Below, in pieces: positions 27,051-38,500 of a DNA stretch of 64,000 nucleotides. The translations under genes and the position numbers were made by a program. The DNA is from Ylistrum balloti (lineage: Eukaryota), in contig NW_026782729.1 of NCBI RefSeq assembly GCF_031769215.1, positions 558,001-622,000 on the forward strand. The letters run 5' to 3'. Below the pieces are notes generated by a model. That model was given only the letters and a program-made list of their open reading frames with translations, made no database searches and was not told where the DNA came from. How positions within the stretch are numbered: the first letter of the stretch is position 1; each line of letters begins with the position of its first letter.

Positions 27051-27234
27051 TGATTGACGGCTATGTTATATCATTCATTAGACCGATAACACTTATAACG
27101 AGGCAGACAGTTACAATGTATACTCGTCATATCTGGTCCGTCATTACAAGATAAATGTAGCCATTTCAATGGGTTACTAATTAGACCAAGTTTCACCCTA
27201 ACGAGACGATCAGTTACAAAGTGTTAGTAATCAG

Positions 27235-28017
27235 ATCTAGTCACGTAATTACGGTATTTTTTGTCAGTGAGTTATCTAGTCACGTAATTACGGTATTTAT
27301 TGCCAGTGATTTATCTAGTCACGTAATTACGGTATTTATTGTCATTGAGTTATCTAGTCACGTAATTACGGTATTTACTGCCAGTGAGTTATCTAGTAAC
27401 GTAATTACGGTATTTATTGTCAGTGAGTTATCTAGTCACGTAATTACGGTATTTATTGTCATTGAGTTATCTAGTCACGTAATTACGGTATTTATTGTCA
27501 TTGAGTTATCTAGTCACGTAATTACGGTATTTACTGCCAGTAAGTTATCTAGTCACGTAATTACGGTATTTACTGCCAGTGGGTTATCTAGTCACGTAAT
27601 TACGGTATTTATTGTCGGTGAGTTATCTAGTCACGTAATTACGGTATTTATTGTCATTGAGTTATCTAGTCACGTAATTACGGTATTTATTGTCAGTGAG
27701 TTATCTAGTCACGTAATTACGGTATTTACTGCCAGTGAGTTATCTAGTCACGTAATTACGGTATTTACTGCCAGTGGGTTATCTAGTCACGTAATTACGG
27801 TATTTATTGTCAGTGAGTTATCTAGTCACGTAATTACGGTATTTATTGTCAGTGAGTTATCTAGTCACGTAATTACGGTATTTATTGCCAGTGAGTTATC
27901 TAGTCACGTAATTACGGTATTTATTGTCATTGAGTTATCTAGTCACATAATTACGGTATTTATTGTCGGTGAGTTATCTAGTCACGTAATTACGGTATTT
28001 ATTGCCAGTGAGTTATC
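27235..28017. repeat. 39-bp minisatellite, ~20 copies
   Basis: Unit ttatctagtcacgtaattacggtatttattgtcagtgag. It explains the 299-aa periodic ORF. Confidence 0.96.
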
Positions 28018-29003
28018 AATTAGATCTAGTATAGTCATAACGAGACTAATAATTACTGTGTTTCTTATCATAACGAGTCGCGTTATTACGAAGCTAGATT
28101 TAGATCTAGTATCTTCATAAGGAAATAGACGGATAGGCTGTCGATATTACAGTTGAGATATCTAAAGTCACAAAATAATTTCACTACGCGACGTCGCATC
28201 TTTACATGTGATTAACCATCTATTACTTAAATTTCAATTATCTATGCAACAAGTTAGTTTTATCCATAGTCCTAACTTTATATGCTAGCGTTTTTTGTCT
28301 TGAAACCTTAAAAATCGTACACTTACCTCGATCATACGATAACCTATCTTTGCGTCCTCGTATCTTCAAATGAAATAATAACGAACATTTCCCTCTTGTT
28401 GATATGGAAATTCCACTTTCAGGTTCTTCCGGTTTCGCCAGTGCATAAGGTACCGCATAGGAGCTACTAGACTAGAACAGAACACCTTATGTATTTGATT
28501 GCCTTATATTCAGACAAGGATGTAGAAAGTCATCAGTATACATACCTGCTTAGTGTCAGGAAGTAATGTCATCGTTGTTAGGTTATCACAGGCAGTGTGG
28601 TAAAATGAGACCGAGAACGCGATCAGATCAGCATTGGGAATCCAAATATCGAAAACTACTCATATATTGTGATGGGAATTTGGTGTTCGCTTTTTCAACA
28701 TATAGAATAGACAATCATGCCTGCTAATTGAGAACATGTATCATTTATTTCATTTAATAATTATCAGGACCCCTTTTATATTATGGCAAAGTTACTGATA
28801 CAGCTCTAGTTGTAGTTTTTTTTTATGACTTTATTAATTATAAAGTGTCTCGTCAGCCGGATAAGGCTGGATCTCGCCCATGTGTTAAATTTCGTGATAT
28901 CTGATTACATTTTAGAGTATTTGTGATACTATAAAATAAGGTTGTATTGTAATCCTAAGCTCTGTATCATATACATAATTGTGTCGTCCTTGTTATCACA
29001 AAT

Positions 29004-29640
29004 AACAAGAGGTCTAGTTAGCCTTGACGGTCAATATTGACCATAAAGTTACAGGGTAAGTAGCTTTTAAATAGTCATAAAAAAGAAATTGTGACGTGTT
29101 GAGAGTAAACCAGTGTCAATGTATGCTCACCATGAAAACTCATCCTGTACTGACAATTCTTACCAAGTTGTTCCCAATAAAAATTATATAGATTATGCTC
29201 AAAAACCCATTTCCTATATGAAGTATAGTAAACTTTTGCCCCTCCCCTGGGGGAAATGTGGGACCCCGGGACCATGAAATTCACAATTTTGGTTAAGCAC
29301 CTTAGGACGCTTCCATCCATATAGAACAATTAATTATAACATATCTGGGTGTTGAGAGGATTTTTAGAATTTAAGAAGATTTCATCTTTTTTGGCCGTGC
29401 GCATCAGCCCCTCGGACCCAGCCATGATCAACGTGCACATGCCATCAAGCCATCATCCTAAAGCCTTGGACCATGAAATTCACCACTTTGTTCAAACGAT
29501 TTTAACACGCTGCTATCTACGAAGAGCATTTGATTCTAGGAATATATTTTGTGTCATAATAAAAGCTCGGATTATCTCCCCTTGCCCTAAGATCTATTTG
29601 AACGCAGTATGGCTGGATTTCTGTCAATTTCAGCATTTAA
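29004..29640 (+). mobile_element. Possible non-autonomous Helitron/Helentron-like element with internal degenerate repeats
   Basis: Begins AACAAGAGG. The block ccatgaaattcac...ttt(g)gt recurs about 200 bp apart, similar to oyster satellite-bearing elements as I recall them. The right boundary is uncertain. Confidence 0.4.
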
Positions 29641-30979
29641 CTACTGCTCCTTTCTTTTCGTACGAACAAAAGAGAAATGAAGTGAACTTCAAATATATCT
29701 TTCCACCATGCTGTTTCGTTCAATGGAATTCTTGTTACTGTCTTTGCTCCGACAATGGGGTATTATCAAGAGGGTATAGTGTAAGTAGGTGGTATGGGAT
29801 TAAAGAAAAGACTCGTAACAGAGTCAGAATAACCGGAACAATTAAAAATAATCCAACAAGACTACGAAGAGATGAATGAGGTAAATACATCGTCTGTTGC
29901 AACAACAGACCAGTCATTGTGCTATCAAGTTCCACACAAATAGATATTCTTTCTACGTAAATGTTGTAATCGTCGAGTACCAGAAAGGGAGCTGGGGTTA
30001 ATTAAGCTTGTGCTATTCAGGACGAAGTAATACAACCATGTCTTGACTCTCTCCAGTTTATTTAATGGAAAGCAATTTGTAACTTGTTCATTTGCTCTGC
30101 ATTCAGCTCTAGGGATAGCGACAGACTCCAGTAAATTTACTTTTAATCAGAGCTGTTTGCCAGATCATATAAAAACATAAAAGCAGTGGCTTTGCAAGCA
30201 GATGGTCGAGATTAGAATATCTTTTTTTTTTACATTGGCCATTGGTTGGTTCCAATAATTGATACATGCTATCATTTTGAAAATAGTTCTTTAATCCAAA
30301 CATGACAATGTCTGGCCAATCTTGCGGATAACTCCGACATCATTACAGGTTTATACAAAAACGTCTATGGGAAACCTTACCACTTCCTAGCTATAGTATC
30401 AAACGCAATTATGTGGCAATTTGATATTATGCTCTCAATAAAGTGATAATTTCGTTTGGGTTTGATGAATTGGCTGACCTAACCGGACAATGGATAATCT
30501 TCTAGTAAGCCGCATCCTTGTTACATTCACCTGACCATTCTGCCACATCTGGATATCGAGTACAATAATCACCGTATCGAGATATGTATGTGAAGGACTT
30601 TATTTACTGCAACTAATTGGAACATTTCAGATTTACATCGATTGACGATCACCAACTTCATCTCGTTGAGAATCACACCGTATTGACAAACGTTAACTTT
30701 ATATGCCTAGATGTATAGTTTTACGCTCGAATGGGTATATTGTAGAAATGGTTCGTTACGGTTATAGTGATCTTACCAATAGTTTCAAGCAACTTAGGAT
30801 CAGGACTTCCCTCATAAATGTTTATTTTCAGGGGTTCCGTTTTAGAGATTTCACTACCGCGGTTGCCGAATGGTACAAGCGTCTGACGGTGTTTTTCACT
30901 AGTCCTCCATCTCCGTATTGCTGGTTTGAGGACGACGATTAAGTTAGGATAAAGTAGCACCAAACAATGGATAAAATTG

Positions 30980-31470
30980 CATCATACAGACGTTTCGTCA
31001 TCCTATGACTCGTCAGTGATGTTACATCATACAGCCGTTTCGTCATCCTAGGACTCGTCAGTGATGATACATCATACAGCCGTTTCGTCATCCTAGGACT
31101 CGTCAGTGATGTTACATCATACAGCCGTTTCGTCATCCTATGACTCGTCAGTGATGTTACATCATACAGCCGTTTCGTCCTTCAAGGACTTGGCAGTGAT
31201 GTTACATCATACAGCCGTTTCGTCATCCTACGACTCGTCAGTGATGTTACATCATACAGCCGTTTCGTCATCCTATGACTCGTCAGTGATGTTACATCAT
31301 ACAGCCGTTTTATCCTTCAAGGACTTGGCAGTGATGTTCCTTCATACAGCCATTTCGTCATTCTAGGACTCAGCAGTGATGTTACATCAAACAACCGTTT
31401 CGTTCTTCCAGGACTCGTCAGTGATGGTACATCATACAGCCGTTTCGTCCTTCCAGGACTCGGCAGTGAC
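30980..31470. repeat. 45-bp minisatellite, ~11 copies
   Basis: Unit catcatacagccgtttcgtcatcctaggactcgtcagtgatgtta. Confidence 0.95.
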
Positions 31471-33179
31471 ACCAGAGACCTAGATATCGAAGCCTAGGAG
31501 GCGACTGAGGAAATTCCAAAGTGATTGAAATAAATCAAAATCTAGACGGGGATGTGCAGCATCGTAATTTTGATATATCAGATAAAATTAGAACGTGTAT
31601 ATTTTGAACCGTGCCAACATGTGAATGAATTAAAACATGGCATAAAGCTTACGGCCAACCTCTGCGATTTATTCCACCAGCGGTGTCTACCACCTGCACA
31701 AAATTTACAAATGAATAGCACCTTTAAATAACGTAAAGAGTTAGACACAGTACAGTCAATGCATATAGCTTTTTTGTCCTAGCGTTCGTCAGTGTTATCA
31801 TTAGCGGCAAGTAATTCAGTCACATAAAAAGCTGAACTGAACCTTGTCTGAAAACTTGCAACACTCTATAATACTATGCTTAGTATCATCAAGATATGCA
31901 ACACGCGACATTCATTGTTAAATAATACTTTGTCATAAAGTTTCTTTGCCATATATAACCGAACTCTTTTCCTGAAGGGGTGCAACTCATGTGCCATTTC
32001 CACGCATCTCGACATATATACAAATCGAGAAATTACCAAAAGATTGAATTAACACATATATCACAGAAACATGTCATTGTAATTGACAAAGTATCAGTTA
32101 TCTGAATATTTTAAATTTCTCGCCTCAGGTGTTCAAGTCAATGATTATAAATGGTATTTTGATACCTACTCTAGTCAATATAACTGTAACTTAGATGTTG
32201 GCATATTGTCCAAGTAAACTATCTCCGTTTTGGGAAACAGCCGTCGACATATTTGATGCTCAATACCCTAGCTTCCGGATAATCGGAACAGCGATTATAT
32301 GCTATTTTCGGGGAACTGTTTGATTGGCCATAGTAAGGTTATCAAGACTGGTCAGTGCTGTAGAGAGGTAGCATAAATTTAAAGATGGTGAACGTGTTCG
32401 AGATGAGGACCAGTGCAAAGGATGTAGTTGACGTTTGAGAAGTGGACCAGTACTGTGTTGCAGCTGAAGACAGTGAACGTGTTTCATGAACGAACACGTG
32501 TATACATTGAAGGTGGTGCGCTATAATTGGGCCCGTGTTGACAATGGGACGTGCAACGTCATATACTAATGTTAAACAACATCAATGTTTTATGCAAAAC
32601 GTAGATCGTTTAGTATGGCGAATTCTTGTCCTATGGATAAGTTTCGTCCATCAATTCGTTTAGAATTGGTCATTGTCAGAAAGGGGAAAAAATTGGCTCG
32701 GACACGTATAAATATCGTAAAGATCTGTTTACTTCACTCCTTGAGCAATATTAGCGAGAAACCGAATTAATTTAAGGTCATACAACTAAAAATGCAGTAC
32801 AGAGTAAAGAAACCACCAAACGAAGGATCTGGAGAAATCGGCAAGATGCAGGGTGTACTGTGCAGTTTGTTCTCGATATGGAGAGAAGATGAAATTGAGC
32901 AAACTGGATACGTTGGTGTTCAGTAAAAACTGAAGATTGCTAAAAACCATGGATACTGTCGAACATTATAAAGACAGTTTCATTCCTTGTCAAGAAAACT
33001 AAATCCTGAGCTAAAATCAAGATTAATGCTTTTATTAATATCAGTTCTATATCTGTGTAATGACGCAGTCAAACTTAGCCTTGTCATTCAATACTGAAGG
33101 TTTGACAATTCATTCGTCCAAATTGCAATTTCGTTTCGGGACTTTTTTAGCCACTTTAACCTCGTATTCTAAATCCTGA

Positions 33180-34372
33180 CATTAAACAACGAATTCTGTT
33201 TTCCATCAAGCAAAGGCCCTCCCTTTTGATACTTATTCCACGCAAATCTTATCATCTGGGCACGTGCTTCTACTTGACCTCTTGACTTGATCTACTTCAT
33301 CTTCACCAGGTTCCATGTACTCCATATGGTAACAAATCACACACAATATCGTGACCAGGAGCTGATTTCCTTCTTGGTTTCTGTGGACTGCGGATTTTAC
33401 AGAGCTTCATATGGTAACAGAATCACATGTCCTTCATGGAGACCTTCCGTATGGATTTGAAGTTTTCTGTCCCTTAGTTAACCTTACTCAATGACTATCA
33501 ACATCCCCATCTGTTTAGAAAACAAACAGTTGCTTGTATGTGATACACCTTCGTCACTTCTGTGAGTATATTACAAAAGAACTCTCAACTAGCATCAGGC
33601 AGACAAGTATGTGTATCTAAATATGGCTACAGTGCAATAATTACATCCTAATAACACAACATTAAGCTGTAATCCATCTACTAAGCAGTCAATTCATTTG
33701 GAATATCACTCTCACTGCTGAAATCACAATCTTTTTGATGTTGAAGTGTCTCATCTCCTTGAGTGCACCTCTTCTGTTTCGCTAACCTCTATGCAATTTG
33801 GTGCTAATTCTGCGGTTTCCTTTGTTGTCATTGGTCATCATATCTGGCAACACCAGGGCACTCCATCTTCTGTTCAATTCTTTTTCTCATCAGAGGCGTC
33901 TATGGCTTGTCTGTTGTCGCTATTACCTGATAATAGGAGTTAAACTATTCCAAATTGTGACATTCTTCAAAGAGGTTTTACTTGAAGTCTTCAGTGACTC
34001 TATACGCAACCAACATCTTCAAATTTCTTCATGTAGCGTAGTGTACCTTGGACAGCTTCTCTTCAAATAAATTTTGACCAATTAAATGGTGCTGTTTACT
34101 TTAATCTATGAAGTATTCCATCAAGACCACTGCCCAGCCCATTCTATTAGAGTTGCCTAGCCTCTTTCAAAGGCAATTTCGACCAAACAAATGGAGCAAT
34201 TTTTCATGCTGTTTTCATGTAGATCTCCTGTTGATTCGGACAATATACTCTTAGTCATAATTGGTATCTTTTTGCTGTTGCTTCTATATATGTAAGCGAT
34301 CTTCAACCATCTTTTCTCTGCCTTTATGTTGTCACTCTTGACCATTGACTTTTCTGATTCAGATCCACTTTC
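33180..34372 (-). pseudogene. Possible decayed coding sequence of unknown origin downstream of ZNF318
   Basis: A splice-acceptor-like site precedes purine-rich, codon-like sequence with many stops and a duplicated peptide motif APFVWSK/APFNWSK. Confidence 0.3.
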
Positions 34373-35583
34373 CTGGTTTTAAAACATAAACAAATGGTTA
34401 TAAAAAGAGAACAAAATATGGGGCTAAAATATCACAAAAGGGGCGTTAAGTTATGATAGATGAGAGGGACTCCCATAATAGCAGCTTACCATTCCCAAGA
34501 TTAAATTCTTTATTAAGGAATGAATTTACCTTTCTTCCAGAAAAAAGCATTACTTATAGAATCTGAGAAAGGGATTTATGCTTGCCTTAAGTAATACTTT
34601 TTTTATTAAATCAAAATTTGTGTTGAAAGACCAGAAATTATGACTGATAAGACTTTAACGTTCTCTTTAATCGTTTAAAAATCATAACTTGACTTGCTCA
34701 TGCGGTAGTCATGTGCTACATATAAGCATGTAATGGCGGCAAAAAGATAGTAACAAAAAAGACCCCAAAATTTGTTAAATTCAAATTTTGGAATTTCTAC
34801 GACAGCAGATGTTTGAGACACACCACCAAAAAAAAAAACAAAAAAAAATCCCAATTCCAGTTCTTGAACTATACTTTGTCCAAGTTGTGTACATCGATAC
34901 ACCGGAAAAATTTCAACATTAGAGCACAAAAATATATGAATCTTTCTGAAAATGATGACATTTTAATAATGAAAGACATGGACTACTTGGTTCACAATAC
35001 GAAATGGAGCATGCATTATAATTGTTATCAACACAGCATATAGTTGAGATATGAAATATTTCTTTACATGATCTTAAATCACTTGAAAAGATATCACAAT
35101 TGTAAAAAAGACTGAAATACATACTGATGTAACTGAAATAAACACAAATGAAAAATGGGACTTTCCTCTTCTCAAGTTTTTCTAGCAAACACATCTGCTT
35201 AGCATTCCAAGTGTTGCTATTTTTTTTTTAATATTTGCACTTGTTCATTCAGATTGATTTTCTGTGGATGAACACTTTTTCACTTTAATTCACTTTCCCT
35301 TCACCAACAGTCAACACAAAGGCTTATGCAATTGTTAATCTGTAATGAGAAATGGGAAAGGAAACAAATTCTGTTTCATCTTTTTCCAACTATTTCTCTT
35401 GGTTTATTATTCAGATACAAGTTTACATTTTCATGACTTCTTCAATTTCTAATCACAACTTTCAATAGAAACTCCACATTTCAAATGAAGTTAAAAAGTC
35501 CACATCTTATCACATAAAACCCTCCACATAAACAGCGTAAAAATCATTCTGCAACTATAAATCATTAAGGATAGGGGAGATAA

Positions 35584-38500
35584 CTAGGATTCATCTGCTT
35601 CACACTCGTCCACAACCTCAAAGTCACTTCCCATTTGCATACTGAATCCACTACAATCACTGGCTCCATCTGAAATTGGAAAAATACAGATATATTTTCT
35701 TTCGTAAATGGTACTGTTACATTTGAGATGTTATTGAAAAACACACACTTAAAACTGAATACTTTCCCAACAAATACAAAGATAGAAGAAAAAAAACCTA
35801 GTGGTTTACAGAACACAATGTAGCATTAGCAGCTTTGCTTTGTTAAGATGAGGTCAGAGATGACACAATCCCATTTCTCCAATGCTACACTAAATTTTGA
35901 AAGAAAATATTTATATTGTATGAACATTTTTGAGACCAAAAATTTGAGTCCTCATGATAATTTAACATTATTAATATTCACAATACCATGTTTATAGCAT
36001 CATTTTTTCTTTTGAAACTTGTTTATATTAGCTCAATGTGATATAAATAAAAACATAATGCTCACCATCCATGTCGTCAGACTCAGAGACTGCAGTACTG
36101 ATCTCAGCTGTAGGCATTGTTGTTTCATTAGAACTTTGTGGGGCTGGTAAAATATTTGCCTGGTCCATCGGCAAGTCTTTCCTCACACCATTTTCAATGG
36201 TCACATCCACACTATGTTCCTTGAATGGATCTGAAGGCGGCAGAGGAATATCCATCCCCATCACTGGCAATTGATCTAACTTACCTTTTTCCTGAGCTTC
36301 AACACCCCCAGACGGTATTTGTCTGATTGGTGGCAAGGAAAGGTTCTGTGAAGGTGGTGGTGGTGTTTTCTTCTCAGCTAATGGTTTCTCAGAAAGAGGG
36401 TCAATACCAAGCAACTTCAAATCTTCTAGCTCTTCTTTCTGTGCAGATGTCAATGTCTTCTCTTTTTCCTTCACTGCATATGTCTTTTCTTTCACTCTAT
36501 CATCAGTCTTTTTTTCTGCTGTGTCTGTGTTATCGTCCTTGAGTTTTCCTGTAAAAGCTTTGAGTATATCCTGAGCTGTCACCTTCGGCTTGTCCTTCAT
36601 TACTGGTAATGGTTTGGATTTATCTTCTAGTGTTAGAAACATGTCCAGAGGCGTTTGCTTTCCTCCTGAATGATCTGTTTTTCCTCCACCTTTCCTCAGT
36701 GGGAAAGCTTCAACCTTACCAGCCCCAGCTGCTTGTTTCTGAACATCCGGTTTTGAAACGGGAGTCCAAGGCGGCAGCAATGGGTTTTTCTTCCCTGTAA
36801 TTTTGACACCAGGAACAGGTTTTATACCCATCTTGTTGATAATATTAATGGCAATCTTGCCTTTACTCTCTTGCCCAGCTTCACTATCTTTCTTTTCCTG
36901 TTCTTCACTGTTATCATCTTCATTCTTGCTCTTTTCTTTGTCACTAGTGGAGAAAGTGAACTTGCCAAATCCCTCACTAGATTTCACCGTCTTAATATCC
37001 TTCTGTTCAATTGGTGATAATTTTGGTTTTTTAGATGCTTGTTCTATGCCTAATTCAGCCACTGGTTTTTCCCACAACTTTTCCTTCTCCTGCACTCGTT
37101 GCTTCCTTTGCTCATTTTTTTCTTTTTTATCTTCCCGGCGGTCTTCCTTTTTCACAGGCTTCACATCTTTGCTTTCCGTGCGACCTGCAGCTTTATCCAG
37201 TGTCCTCTTCTGCTCATAAAACTCGTTTTTTTCCACATGTTTCTGAAACATTGATGTGTGAAATTGTTTAAAACATTACTTACAGGTTTATATATATACT
37301 ACAAAGATGTTTTTTCTCTCTCTAATACTAGGTTATATCTATTTTTAATGTACTTATATAAACTATAGATTTTATCTCAATGCCTGTATCGTTCATGCCA
37401 AAATCATAACATGTTCTATAATCTCCATTCAAGAAGCCAATGTAAATAAGAAATTGTAATATTGATCTTCATGGTATAGTTAAGAAATATCACCTATTTA
37501 ATTGAACAAATTCAGTAGCAGTCCATCTCAGGTAAAAGTCACTTATGCGAAGAGGTTCAAATGATTCAATCCAATGACATGAAGACAATTCTTTAAAGGT
37601 TTACTACACATATGTGACCCCTATGACCATGAAAATAGTTCAAAATCATACAAAAATGAAAATCTGAAAGTCTTTTATTCCAGGTACCTTATCAAAATAT
37701 CAACACCAAAGGTGTTATGTAACATGAAAAGATTTTAACAACATATCAAATACTTATGTCCTTGAAATGGTCATTAATATGAAGAATCTTTTTGTGCACA
37801 TGTTCACCAATTATCACTAACCAGAAGCTTCTATTTTTCTAGATGCTTGAATAAAAATTTGATGGACACATGGACCAAGGACAATGGATCATTCACCAGT
37901 CAAGAACTCACCAACATTTTGTGCCATGTGAACTAAAATGTTAATTACAATCACATAACATAAACAAAAATCATATCCTAGTAATAAAGTGTTATCAATA
38001 AATAAGATACTAGAATACATGTAAGAAATGTTCTTAGTTTAAAAAAAAAACATATACGTTCATACCAAGTAGTTTTGATAGTGGCTTTCTGTCTTGATGT
38101 GAAAGTCAGCACAAGCCTCATCCCCAGCAAATTCCTTGCATAAAGTGCAGTAGAAAGCCTTACAAGGCACCAAGAATTCTTGGCCTGAAATAGAATGTAC
38201 CTTTTTTTCACTGCACCATTCCATATGGAGTGATTGTTTTGTCAAATAGAAATGGTATCATGAAATATTTTACCATTTTGTTAACCTGAGCTTAATCTGT
38301 GACATCACATTATCCAAGTTAGCATTGCCCACCTAGTTCAAATAGAAAACTTGAAGCAAGATTTCTAATACTCTGAAATAGTTTGTCCATGCTGCTCAAG
38401 AAACATAATAATCATTTCCCTATTTCAAGAAAATGATATCTGTGCAGAGGAAGAAAAGGATTACCTTTAATTTACCATCTGAATATAGCCAAGATTGAAA

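Noticed and set aside
25225-28120. Thr/Val/Ile-rich ORFs (133, 88, 98 and 299 aa) as a repeat protein
   Set aside because: They are minisatellite translations. The intervening 23-bp array breaks the frame, and there is no supporting start or splice structure.
32030-32340. PIF1/Helitron helicase remnant (VIVIDKVSVI ... AIFGELFDWP)
   Set aside because: The Walker-B-like match is imperfect, the spacing to the GD..Q-like motif is too long, and no Walker A is visible.
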